64,000 nucleotides of DNA, taken from NCBI RefSeq assembly GCF_018977255.1, contig NW_024704742.1, forward strand, positions 60,514,001 through 60,578,000. The letters are read 5' to 3'. A program made the position numbers and the translations under genes. The notes under the pieces are model-generated. The model did not search any database, was not told where the DNA came from, and saw only the letters and a list, made by a program, of their open reading frames with translations. Below are positions 41,268 through 53,281 of this stretch, piece after piece. The DNA is from Callorhinchus milii. Taxonomy: Eukaryota. Within the stretch, counting starts at the first letter, position 1; each line of letters opens with the position of its first letter.

Positions 41268-41368
41268 GTGCTGCATGCAGTAAAACTCCAGGATTTAATC
41301 AATTTCACTTCATGGTTCAGAGTCCTGCACTAAATGAAGCTTCAGAACATATGGTTGACTGCATTTGA
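41268..41368 (+). CDS. AGA: AGA coding exon 9 (terminal, TGA stop)
   Basis: ttttcttttag| acceptor. (G)AACSKTPGFNQFHFMVQSPALNEASEHMVDCI*. The nine exons sum to 1107 nt = 368 aa + stop, with all phases compatible. Confidence 0.97.
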
Positions 41369-41441
41369 AACTACTGACATTTTCATAGCTTATAAATGGC
41401 TTGTGAAATTTAAACTGTTTACACTCATTATGAATTTAATG

Positions 41442-41447
41442 AATAAA
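41442..41447 (+). promoter_or_regulatory. Probable AGA polyadenylation signal
   Basis: First AATAAA, 74 nt after the stop, followed by U/GU-rich sequence. Confidence 0.6.
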
Positions 41448-42049
41448 ATTATGCTGTAATCTTCTGAATTCAATATAGAATATGAATGTTTGTAATTTGA
41501 CTTGAAACATGAGGTGTAGTCTATCTATTTGACAAGCACATGCAAACTATATTGTAAAGCTTCAGAAGTTTCTTTACAGCATATTTACTTTTGCATATTT
41601 TTATGAATGTTAGATATTTGCAGAAACCAGTTAATCCTTCAGTCCTGTGAGATATTGATACTAGGTAACCACCAGAAGACATTATTTTATGAAGAGATTG
41701 GAACAACAAAAAGTGGTTCAACCTTAAAAACTGAAAAGTCAAAATTTGTGTCTCCAAACCCCTAGGAAATTAAATTGAATCAATTCCAGACAACGTTTTG
41801 TCCTGTCAATTGATTGAAGTGTGGATTAATGGGAAAACTGCGGGTACCTGATCTTATCACTGTGGAGGGGGTAGGAAAAGGGAAACACGGACTGGCCTTT
41901 CCTTATTAATTTACGGACACAGATTGAGTGATCAAAAAAAAGCAAATTTATGATAACTTGTTAATGACCCAAGCGCTCATTCAACAAGACTGGAGAGCAC
42001 ATACAATGGGGAGTTGTAAAGAAAGGGTTTGTACATAGACATCATCATG

Positions 42050-42636
42050 GGTTTGATTCCCGGCATGCGAAGCCTTGGGCAAATTTCCTTACTCCACACG
42101 CCTAATAATAATCCCTCATGAAAAAAATAATAAATTGGTCACTTCAATCCACGACTGTTTGTGGGACATTGCTGTGTGCAATTGGCTGCCGCGTTTCACC
42201 CACAAATATAGTCAATTCACTTTACAGTATATTCTGGAGTCCTGTAGCTCAGTGGTTAGAGCACTCAGTGGTTAGAGCACTCGCTTTGCAAGCGAGAGAT
42301 CTGAGTTCAATTCCAGGCACAGGGCGAAACCTTAGGCAAGTTTCTTACTCCACACAGAGCCTAATAATAATCCCTCCAAAACCCAAAACAATAATAAATT
42401 GGTCATTTTCAATCTACGACTGTTTGTGGGACATTGCTGTGCGCAATTGGCTGCCGCGTTCCCCCATAAATATACAGTCAATTCACTTTACAGTGTGTTC
42501 TGTGAAGCGCTTTGGGACGTCCTGCTGACGTGAAAAGCGCTATATCAAATGCAAGGATTATTATTATTATGTGAAGCGCTTTGAGACGTCTGGAAGACAT
42601 GAAAAACGCTATATCAAATGCAAAGATTATTATTAT
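42050..42636 (+). mobile_element. Nested SINEs: young full-length copy (42236-42570) inserted inside an older copy
   Basis: The older copy breaks at ...tatattct| and resumes at |gtgaagcgctttgagac... after the inner copy's (TTA)n tail. Confidence 0.9.
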
Positions 42637-42760
42637 CAATATGTTTGGACTAAACACATGTTCCGTAACAGCCAGCAAACATAGTTTGAACTCCAGGATT
42701 GTAACCTTAAATGAACCAGACATTTGGTTAGGCTCAAGGGGCATAAAACTAACAAATCGG

Positions 42761-43097
42761 GGAGTCCTGCAGCTTGGTGGTTCGAGCACTCGCAAGCAAG
42801 AGACCTGGGTTTGGTTCCCGGCAGGGCGAAATGTTAGGCAAGTTTCCTTACTCCACACGCCTCTGTTTACCTTGCAATAAGTAGGTACTCGGTTGTTAGT
42901 CAATTGGAGAATCGCTTTTCCCGGGGTAATAATCCCTCCAAAAAAAATAATTTGGTCACTGTGCAACAATTGGCTGCTGCATTTCGCCCACAAAATATAC
43001 AATCAATTCACTTAACAGTTTATTCTGTGAAGCGCTTTGAGACATCTCAAAGACGTGATAATGTGTTATATCAAGTACAAGGATTAATATTATTATA
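42761..43097 (+). mobile_element. Diverged tRNA-derived SINE copy
   Basis: Degenerate head GGAGTCCTGCAGCTTGGTGG, family core and tail, with an internal insertion. Confidence 0.85.
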
Positions 43098-43099
43098 AA

Positions 43100-44650
43100 T
43101 CCCCTGGGGTGTTGAACTGTACCCCAGGGTTCTTGGAGAGACAAGGCAGAAGGCTTGCTCAGTACTAGTATGAGGGAGTCAATCAGGATTGGGGAGGTTC
43201 CAGCAGATGGAGGTAAGCAGATGTTGTCCTCGTATTCAAGAAGGGCGGCAAACCAAAACCCAGCAACTCGCCTCATCACAATAGTAGTAAACATTATGGA
43301 GGCAATCATCAGAAAGGAGGTGGAAGATTACCTATATAAAAATAGCCTAACAATTGACAGCCAACACAAGTTAGGAAAGCATGGGTATTGTCTGACCAAC
43401 CTCAGACTTTTTGTAGATGACAACCTAAATTGACTTAGTGAAGCCATGTAACATAATACATTGAGTTCCAAAAGCTGTTTTAACAAAGTACCACATGAAA
43501 GATTCCTGTATTCACTGGCCATCGAGGGTCAAGACATGGATATGAATTCAGTATTGGATGAAGGCAAGGAAACAGAGTCTTTGTCAGGGGAGCTGGGTCA
43601 AAATGGGGAAGAGGTATTAAGTGGGATGCCTCAGAGGTCTGTATTAGTCTGTTGCTCATATAAATGGGATTTGCAGACCCAGTGTAAGGTTGTTACAATT
43701 GCAGATGACACCAAGTTGGTGGGGTGGGGGTGAACTGTGGAATCAGAGGAGGCAGCAATTATCCTACAAAGAGAATTTAAGTTATGAACATGGCTTGATA
43801 ACTGGCAAATTAAGTTTAATATTGATAAATGCAAGATACTACAGATAGGATCCAAGAATAGGAATGACAAGTACTCAATTGAAGGGACTTTACTTACCAA
43901 AGGGGAAGATGAAAGATCTAGGGCTGTTAGTTGTCTCGTCACTGACCATGTCAAAGCAGTGTGAAGCAGCAATAAACAATGCAAATAGGGTTATTGGGCT
44001 ATATTGCTAGATAATTTACCCCACAAAATATGGTCAATCTACTTTACAGATATCTTGTGAAGCGCATTGCGATTTCTTGACATGATAAGGTGCTACTACA
44101 TCAAATGCAAGAATTATTATTATTATTATCATTTGAGTTTAGATTCCCAAATATCATTCTCAGGCTGTACAGTCCTCTGCTCAGACCGCACCTTGAATAC
44201 TGCATACAGTTCAGGTTCACCATGACATCAGAGGGCTGCCAAAGCCCTAGACACAGAGCAGAGAACAACAAAATGATCCCCAGTGTTAGAGGAAAGAGCT
44301 ATGAGAAATGATTAGATAAGCTAGGGCTCTTCAATCTTGAGAGAAGACAACGTAGAGGGGACCTTGTGGAGGTGTACACAATTTTAAATGAGATTGAAAA
44401 AGTAAACCCAGATCAATACTTTAGGACAAGATAGACAGTAGAACAAGACATTACTTTGGAGTTGTAAAGAACAATTTCATGTCTGACCGCAGGAAGTTTT
44501 TCTTTATGCAGACTAATCAATGACTGTAAAAGGTTGTCAAGACCAGGCCACTACTCTCATTTAAAAAGTAGTTTGATGCAGTGATAAGGGAACGATAAGA
44601 TGGGTGTTCTGGAATAATGAGACTGAATGGCCAAAGGGCCTTCTTCATCC
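43100..44650 (+). mobile_element. Degraded CR1 LINE fragment with a SINE tail inserted (~44020-44130)
   Basis: Remnants FNKVPHER, SGMPQ, IADDTKL, LYSPLLRPHLEYCIQF. Confidence 0.85.
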
Positions 44651-44693
44651 AGATTTGTGATCAATATGTCTTAAGATAGTAAATAAGATTGTC

Positions 44694-44990
44694 GTGGTCT
44701 GTAGCTCAGTGGTTAGAGCACTTGCCTTGCAAGCGAGAGACCTGGGTTCAATTCCTGGCAGGGCGAAACCTTGGGCAAGTTTCCTTACTCCACACGCCTG
44801 ATAATAATCCCTCAAAAAAAAATTGGTCACTTCAATCCACGGCTGTTTGTGGAACACTGTTGTGCGCAATTGGCTGCCACATTTCACCCACAAATATAGT
44901 CAATTCACTTTACAGTATCTACTGTGAAGTGTTTTGGGACATCTAGAAGACGTGAAAAGCTCTATGTCAAATGCAAGGATTATTATTATT
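44694..44990 (+). mobile_element. Full-length tRNA-derived SINE
   Basis: Head TGTAGCTCAGTGGTTAGAGCAC, B box, core and tail as in the other copies. Confidence 0.93.
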
Positions 44991-45046
44991 CTAAGGTATT
45001 TACACAAAATCACCACGATTATATATAGAGTATAAAAATCTGAAAG

Positions 45047-45052
45047 TTTATT
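45047..45052 (-). promoter_or_regulatory. Candidate NEIL3 polyadenylation signal (implies ~1.4 kb 3' UTR)
   Basis: First AATAAA I could find on the minus strand after the stop. It is preceded by U-rich UTR-like sequence and followed by a GU-rich tract. Confidence 0.5.
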
Positions 45053-46422
45053 GATAATTATCAAAAAGAAAATTCAGTAAAAAATAAAACAAGGAATACA
45101 GCAAGTCGTCTATACAGTATTCAAGCTAACTAATCACAAATAGTGAAGATAAGGGAACAAGGAAGTTTACTACTTTTAAAAATAAACATTTAAATGAGAT
45201 TGAAAAAGATTGAACCCAACATGTCTTCTTCAAAGACCAGAAAATAGCATACCGGATTAGCACATAAAAAGTAACATCATTCTAATTATTAAAAGAGTTT
45301 TCCTCCATCCACCCCTCCATTTGAAGGCTTGTATGCTATAAATTCACTATTCTCCTTTTTTAAAATCTTTTCCTAGGTTCGGTCTAAATAAAGGGACAAA
45401 CAAGGGATAAAATAAAGATGTTTTAAAGACATGATCTACCCAGGTCAAGGACAAATAGTAAGAAGGAAAGATTTTGGATTTTTATAGCACATTCGAGTAG
45501 TCCAGTTATCCCTACACCAAATCACCTCCCATCTATATCCACATGGGCCTCAGAAGCAGACATCGGACATGGGCTGCAAACGTGTCAGAAATAAACAGTG
45601 CAAATCTGAGTCTTACCCAGTACTTTTATAGGGTTAAAGTTAGAAGGATATTGAGGAAAAATGAGAAGCAAATAAAGAGATTTAGAAAAAGTCAGGCAAA
45701 AGCTGGCACACGTGGCACTATTGTATCATATAACTCCTAATGGAACAATTGTTTTATCACTGAAGGCAATTTGTACTTTGGATGATGTCCAATTATCCAC
45801 ACTGTTTGTTAACCACAAATAGGGTCAGTTCCAATTAGTGCAGATAATCAGTATGTCTCTAAAAGAGTTTGAAATGTCTGAAATTACTGCCAAGTGTAAT
45901 TATATTGTAGGCCATCATAATACCCATTTGTGCTGGTAATGTTTTGCAAGTAACCATGAAGTGAATATCCAATTAAACTGGAGGAAAGTTTGACAGGTTC
46001 TTTCCTCCAGTTTATAGCACAATGCAGTGGGAGTCCCAGTTCTTCCCACACCAAATCACCTCCCATCTATCTAAGGGGTTGAATACACTCCCTTCTTTTT
46101 TCATAGGATTTTTAACACCTATCTGAACACGCCGGCAGGAACTCAGTTTAACATCTCGTCGTTCCCCAGTAATACATTGGAGTGTTCATCTAGACTGTGA
46201 ATTCAAATTCCCAATGAGGGACTTCAACCCATCAACCTTGTAACAGGCAAATGTACTAACAACCAAGCTCAAGTGGGATTCAATAAAAAAACTACAAAAT
46301 AAATTCAACTGTAAGTAATTTCTGCTTTAGAATTTTACCTATTTTCCAGAGATTCCTGCAGATATACAACAATGTCTTAAAGGTTTCTCTCTGTTTCACA
46401 GTCAGTTAAATCTTGATCCATG

Positions 46423-46569
46423 TTACACCCACTTGAAGAAGTTACACTGTTTGTTCATTCCTTCAGAACAAACATAAAAGTTACGTCCATTATTTGGCCC
46501 AAGCTTCAGAACTGTCCTCATAATGCAGCGTTTTCCATGATTACAGAATGGAAAATCCAAGTCAGTCCA
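46423..46569 (-). CDS. NEIL3: NEIL3 coding exon 10 (GRF zinc finger 2, TAA stop)
   Basis: WTDLDFPFCNHGKRCIMRTVLKLGPNNGRNFYVCSEGMNKQCNFFKWV*. The ten exons sum to 1773 nt = 590 aa + stop. Confidence 0.97.
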   Translation of the reverse strand, partial: WTDLDFPFCNHGKRCIMRTVLKLGPNNGRNFYVCSEGMNKQCNFFKWV

Positions 46570-47645
46570 CTGGGAAAAAAAGATTTAAAAATACTTACAA
46601 ACTGTATTTTAAACCAACAGTTTACATTTATGTAGCACCTTTCATGTCAGAAAGTGCTTCAAAGTGCATATTCACACAGCTGACTGGGAGGTTGAACTTA
46701 AGGGACCTGTGGGAGCCTGCGAGCATGGTTGAAGAGATATGTATTAAGATGATTTTTGAAGGAGGGGAGGGAGGGACAAATACAAGTGGTTAGTAGTTAA
46801 AAATGTAACTGCCACCTGTTGGAAGGAAAAGTGATCACGAAAGCTCCACGATAGACTTGGTTAACTACAACTTGTATTTCCACCTCCCAATAAAACAGTT
46901 TTGTCAGTTGGAAACTGTAGAATTGTTTATAGCATGTGGGGAGGCCATTCAGCTCATTGTTTGTATGCTGGTGCTTGCCGGTCATTTCCTTCATTATACA
47001 TGAGTATAGAGAAATGGGCATCAGCGGCAACCTAAGGACCTAGAAGTCAGTTTTTTAAGTGTGGGAGTCAGGCGATGTGCATGAAGTGATATGGTTGTGT
47101 GACATGCGCAGTGAAACTGGCTCTCAGGGCTTCATTATAATGCGGGTTGGGATTTTAAGCATCACAAACTATTGCCTTATAATGACTGTCCACTGTAGTT
47201 GAATTTGATAGTACACTGACCAGCTATTGTCAAGCATAAATTGCAAAAAGAAACCTGGGATGGACAGGAGCTGCAGGATTTTCAAATACTGAACTTCCTC
47301 AATTTCAGGATTTTGATGATGTTGAACTGCCCTCTTCAGACCATTCAGTGTAATAAGCATTTTCTACATAAATACAATCTGCATTATATAGATTTCACCA
47401 CCTCTGCTTATAATACTTCAGCGTTGCCACTGAACAACAACTTGCATTTACATAGCGCCCAACTGACACTTTTATAATCATTAGGAATGTCAGGAAGGCT
47501 TATTATGTTTTTGTTACACAGTACTTTGTCTACATTATTGTAAGAAAGTGGGTCATTGTCAGCATGTTTCTATCATTTGTTTCACAGGTATAATTCTATT
47601 TGTCTAACCCACTGAAATTTAAAAGAAATATTTCTAAATTCTTAC

Positions 47646-47820
47646 TTGAAAGAAGTCACACTGAATTCCCTGAGGTAAGGAACATGCATAGAAGCATCTC
47701 CCCTTGTTGGCACCTTCTTTCTTAACCACTCTCAGCGAGCAAGAGCGAAAATGTTTAGTGCAATATGGGATTTTAGGGTTTAAAGCATCAGTTCCATCAT
47801 TTATATTAGTACAAGACACC
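47646..47820 (-). CDS. NEIL3: NEIL3 coding exon 9 (GRF zinc finger 1)
   Basis: VSCTNINDGTDALNPKIPYCTKHFRSCSLRVVKKEGANKGRCFYACSLPQGIQCDFFQ. 175 bp, canonical sites. Confidence 0.97.
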
Positions 47821-48370
47821 CTGTGTAAAGGAAATAAAGTTACTATAAAACCTTTGCAACAATAGAACAGCTTAACACTTATCATGTCAAACAACTCAAA
47901 GCATTTCAAAGTTTTGCATAAACGTATATAATTGACTACGTATAATGTCAATTAAGCTACTTTTGACATAGATGTCATGCATGTCTTAAATTCCATGAAC
48001 ATAATTTTCTTAAATAAAAAAAGCCAGGGAATATCTACATTAAAATATACTGCTTTTAATCTTTTGTTCTTATCCTCCCTAGGTCAATAGCTGTTTTTAC
48101 TTTGCGCACAGCAACGTTCCAAAACCTATATCTGGGGGATTGTTGCCCAGGACGCCAGGAGAAAAACTCCCTCCTCTTTTCGAACAGTGTCATGGAATCC
48201 AACATCCAACTGAACAGGCAGACAGCATCTTGGTTTAATGTTTCAGCTGAAGGACAGCATCTCTGACAACGCAGCATAGGTATGCCCAAAGGAATGAAGA
48301 TCACAAAACAATTCTAATGTTATTTTTAAAACTAAAATCCAACTTTCAAGAAATATAGGTGGGGACTCAC

Positions 48371-48827
48371 CTGAAATTAGAATCTGTAGTCCTGGTATTT
48401 GAAGTTAAAATTGAATCGTGATTGGTTTTCATTCTTTTGCCATGCTGATGAAATGAACCTTGGTCGATACAACTGAATGGTGAATTGTGGATAGTTTCAT
48501 TTGCAAAACTACTAAAAGAAGCATTTTCCCAAAGGCTCTGTTCATTTTTAAAACATTTCTCAGATAAAGAGAGAGTCTGATATGAAGTATCGCTACTGAA
48601 TGATGGCTTGTTACTTTTCAATTTACCAAACGCTGAGAAAGTAGAGTTAGGATTGGCAGGTGAAGTAACATTACCATTCAATGACGACAGAACCAATGTA
48701 GTAGTACCAAAAACTGTCTTCCGATTCAGCTTGAGTTCTACTTGGGGCTTTCCAAATCCATTGCATGGGTATTTTATGAGATCATTATTAAAACCAGAAG
48801 TTTGATGTGGGGCTTTCTGTGTAAAAG
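48371..48827 (-). CDS. NEIL3: NEIL3 coding exon 8
   Basis: Contains DLIKYPCNGFGKPQVELKLNRKTVFGTTTLVL (conserved NEIL3 block) plus a Ser-rich linker. ctgcag| acceptor and AG|GTGAGT donor. 457 bp. Confidence 0.95.
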
Positions 48828-49515
48828 CTGCAGAAATAAAAACAGTCACTTTATGAACACGATTAATTTATCGTGGGTAGCTTCAGTCTTGTCAAGACAG
48901 AAATTTAACGTTCCATTTTCTCAGTTACAGAGACTCAGTCACTGCAGAGTAGTGGAGATGCTTCATAATTACATCAGTAATTTACAGGATTACCCAAGGC
49001 AAGGGCAAAGAGGCTACAGGTTTGGCGACCAATGATGTGATGAAAATCGAAGGGACATGGAACAAGCAGTTGCAGAGAGGAAGGAGTAGGCAGGAGGTAC
49101 AGAAATGTACGAGTACAAAAGCAGGAAGGCATCTTGAGTTAGAACGAGGCTGGGGGAAAATGAATTTATTGCTCTGCAGCAGCCATAGCTCCTCCCACGT
49201 CAGGACCTGCTGAGTGACACTGCAATCGAAAAAGTCAGTAATATGATCAAGCAAAAAGGGGAAATGGGCAATAACAGTGAGAGCAAGGAAAGTAGATTAT
49301 TATACCAGGTAAAATGTTTGAACTCATCCTAACCCGATTATATCTGAGGGTTGACTACCGATAGCTGCATCTTTTCACAAACAGGTTAGCTCCCATGAGG
49401 ATGGTTACTGGACATCTAGAGTATTGAGTTCCCATTCGTCTGGATATTAAGCAACTACTGTACTAAAATTATTTTAGTCATCCTTTGTAGCACGTTTACG
49501 TGGCAGACTACTTAC

Positions 49516-49685
49516 TGACAGGCCTTGGTGACAAGCAGGCTTCACATGACTTGACTGAAGCCATGTTTACCAATGTGCAAAGTGCACATGTCCATTCTTC
49601 TTCCTCTTTTTTGGCGATGTTGTCAGCAGAATAGCTTCCAGTACTAGACACCCATCCTAATAGACTATTTCTTCTAGGCAAACTG
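49516..49685 (-). CDS. NEIL3: NEIL3 coding exon 7 (RanBP2/NZF zinc finger)
   Basis: SLPRRNSLLGWVSSTGSYSADNIAKKEEEEWTCALCTLVNMASVKSCEACLSPRPV, W-x-C-x2-C-x3-N-x6-C-x2-C pattern. Tandem CAGCAG acceptor. Donor A|GTAAGT. Confidence 0.96.
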
Positions 49686-50392
49686 CTGTAGGAAAAAAAG
49701 ACAGATATGAAAGATATTAAAAATACTAGTTTTTATTTCTATTTCTGAGTTTTTTTTTTAAACTCCGCTGACAGCAAATATTTTAGAAACAAGTTAAAAT
49801 ATGATGGACTTCAAAATTATTGGAAAATTGACATCTCTTTTTAAATCTTAAGAATCCTAGTTTAAGGAGAGAGAAATACAGTTAAAAGACACACAGCAAA
49901 AAAAATCACCAAGTCGTCTCATGTTTTATGGGCCATCTCTGATGGTGTAGCAAATAGGGCTGCAGCTTACAGACCAGGAGCTCGCAGATTGTACAGGTGA
50001 GTAGCATCCAGGTAGGGAGAGGTCAGGCTTGGCTATGTGACGTTTTCTAGGGTTGTGTTGCTTGTTGACCATCACCGCCAAGATTCACACGTGAACAATG
50101 GGCACTTGGTAGATTACAGGAGGGCAACCGGTACCCAAGTAAGAGGAGGTCAATCGGGAATAGAGAAGCATATGCCAGAGGGTGAAAATTAGAAATGTAA
50201 TTGGACACTAATCTTTTTTTAAAGAAAGTATGTGACCGACTATTTACTGAACTCCACAGAAAAAAAATAAAATGAGTCAAACATTTGAAAAACTATTCCA
50301 GTCTGCATTGCCTGGCCATCTTCAACGATATAAATATTTGCCTTGCATAAATAGTTTACAATGTTTACAATAGATTGACAGCTATGCTCTAC

Positions 50393-50559
50393 CTGATATC
50401 AACCTGCGACAGATCCTCCTTCTGACAAAATGAGCAGAAATAAGTCATCCGGCTGTTCTCACCTAGGCGGCAGACAGTTATTTGACCTTTACACTGTCCA
50501 CATGTAGATCGCTTGTAAACTTTGTAATGCTTATACAAGGCTGATCCTGTCTTACGACA
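50393..50559 (-). CDS. NEIL3: NEIL3 coding exon 6 (FPG-type zinc finger)
   Basis: CRKTGSALYKHYKVYKRSTCGQCKGQITVCRLGENSRMTYFCSFCQKEDLSQVDI. 167 bp, canonical sites. Confidence 0.97.
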
Positions 50560-51286
50560 CTAAAAAGTGGAAGAAACAACCAATATTCAATTTATAAATT
50601 AACATTATACATGCATATTGGATTTAGGCAATAAACATATATCTAGTTCCAAGATATAAAACAGGAAAAATATTACAACTCTAAGGCAGCTACACATATA
50701 TACATTACATTATTTTTGTCTCAAGACTACAATATCTGAACAATTCTACCGTTTCTAGTTACTCATGAGTCATGACCTGGAATTTCATACAATATTTACC
50801 ACATATGTACATGTGCCATAGCTACTTTTAATACAACATACTGAGCTGTTCAGATAGCCCTCTGGGGGAGGAGCTCTGGGTTGTTTAGGCCAGTGAGATG
50901 CTGAATCTCGGTAGGAGAGTTGAGCAAATGCAAATTAATGATTGGTTTTGCCAACAATCTCAACATACTCCTTGAGGTGCACAGGAATAATGCTAAAGAG
51001 TTTCCCTTCAGATAATATTAAGGCAAAAAGCACATTGTAAGTTGTCCGAGGATGATATTGTGCATCTCCCAAGTGTAAGTTACACATCCAACATATGCCA
51101 CAGAATATTCATGTCCTTTTTATGCGCAATTAATAGGTAACAATAATATTAAGCGACTCATGGGTATACATTGAGTTCTATAATTATCAGAGCAAAGGGC
51201 ATTCAAACATCAACAATAGTGAGCTATTCATTTATAAACCTCGATTAGCTTATTTTTGCAAATATTTTAAAGAAATGTACTCGTAC

Positions 51287-51361
51287 CTTATAAAAGAGGA
51301 TTGTGAAATCGCGAGTCATTTTGACAATATGATGTATTTGTTCAGCAGATAACTGGCAGAT
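51287..51361 (-). CDS. NEIL3: NEIL3 coding exon 5
   Basis: ICQLSAEQIHHIVKMTRDFTILFYK. ttgcag| acceptor and |GTACGA donor. 75 bp. Confidence 0.96.
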
Positions 51362-52023
51362 CTGCAACATCAAGAACATGCTACTTTGAAATAATGCTTT
51401 CCCTACCAACAGCTTGACTGGTAATGAAAAGGGACTTCAAACATGGTCTCCTGGGGTTAAACTGACTCCAGGGTGATAAATTGGCAATAAAATCTCAGAA
51501 TTGGGTGAATCTTCAGTGGTGGTCATGGTAGTCTCATTCCTCACCCAGGCAGGATTGCAATATTCCAAGCATTGCTGATGAAAGCCCAGAACATCTTGGC
51601 TCATCAGCGGGTCATGGAGAGACAGGCTGTGTACTGGGATTATTTCCATTTGGCTCCTGTTAACCCCTCCCTAATTAGTAGGTTGGTCCTACCTGGACAA
51701 GCATCAGGAAGATCGCCAGACATGCTTTTAATGACAAGTATACAATCTGAGCTGGTTAAATTTCAGAAGCACCTCAACCCACATTCTAAAGTCTTGGCTC
51801 TCGCAACCAGCACCTAATACGGAAGCATGGTGGGTTCCTCCAGGGAGAGAATGCGTACTCCATTCCAGATGCTGAGAAATTTCAATGCATAATTGGCATT
51901 TATATGAGGAAATCTAGTCTGAATACTCTTAAGGGTGATAATAGGTTTCCGTATGTATCAGTCACCCACTAAAAAATATTAAACACAGCGCACAGTTCAG
52001 TGTGAAACACAGGAATGATTTAC

Positions 52024-52237
52024 CTTAACAGCTGGATGGAAGCCACTGTCAAACAAGGATTCGTTTTTTATGATGTTTCCTACTCCAGGTAATACAGTTT
52101 GGTCCAAGAGCACATCACAGAGCATGCGTGTACAATGCTGCCCCAATTCATTCTCTGCTCGGGAGAAACTGAACTTTGGAGAACAAATGTCTAGTTCTTC
52201 CATTAATTTCACCTTGCGCTTACACTCCAAGGCACTC
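52024..52237 (-). CDS. NEIL3: NEIL3 coding exon 4 (H2TH motif)
   Basis: SALECKRKVKLMEELDICSPKFSFSRAENELGQHCTRMLCDVLLDQTVLPGVGNIIKNESLFDSGFHPAVK. Canonical AG/GT. 214 bp. Confidence 0.98.
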
Positions 52238-53281
52238 CTAATAGGCAATAGGAAATGGTACAATTGATCGGAACAGATACACATCTCGTGTTTTACTATC
52301 TCTACGTTTTTCCCTATTTCAACAAAAATTCACACTTATATAATCTATTGTTTTTCGCACTGGGAGAACATCTCAAAGCACTTTAGAAATTCAGTGAGAG
52401 CGAGGAGCTGAAAGTGTAGTCAAAGAAGTAGATCTTCACACGAGATTTGAAAGTAGAGAGAAAGGGATAAGGCAGAATTTTGGGAGGAGTTCTAGAGAGA
52501 TGGGCCAAAGTAACTGAAGGTTCAACTGCCAATTGTGCTCTGCACCCACTTGTCATAAAAACCAGATACCGCAATTGTAATTCAGAACTAATATTATCCA
52601 AACTGGATATGAGTGGGATATAGTTCCTTAAAGTTGAATTATCTGCTTTTAATTGAAAACAGAAACACATTTGTTAATCTATAACAGATATATATGTGCA
52701 TCACTCCAATATTTATCCATTTAAATAGCATTACTGAAATTAGTGTCAGGTTCAATGAAGTTGTTTCTACTAATACAACCAACACAAAAAGTGATGCCTC
52801 AATGGTACCTATTTTATTAATTGAAAGAACCCAGTACTTGTAAATGCATTCAAGAGTTAAGCAACCTACAGAAATTTTTCAAAAATATGACTAAATTAAC
52901 AGGTACAAAGTATTTAGTTAGTACATTTTTTCATTTAAAAAATCCACACTTGAGGTTTTTAAAATTAGAATCATAGAATTAATGAGAACTCAGTGAGCTG
53001 GACTGAAAACTGACATGGCAAATGAGACTAAAGGTGAATCATAAATATGGCAACCTGTTGGGGGAGGAGGGGAGAACAAGAATAGTGGAGTCCAGGGATC
53101 CACATTCTGGATCCCTACTCTAAAAAAGGAGGGAGAGAAGAGGTATTGGGGTTTCTATGATGGAACCAATTCTAAAGCCACTCAACTGGCAGATCCATAT
53201 GAATCCAAGGGATTGAAATTGGAGGTAGAATTGTGTAAGATAAACTTGAACAGGTAGTGGTCCCAGGTGGATAAATGTTAT

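Noticed and set aside
51574..51608. Hammerhead ribozyme core CTGATGA (also 39721)
   Set aside because: CTGATGA pairs with a downstream TCATCAG/TCATCGG as a simple hairpin. I could not build stems I-III with GAAA and NUH.
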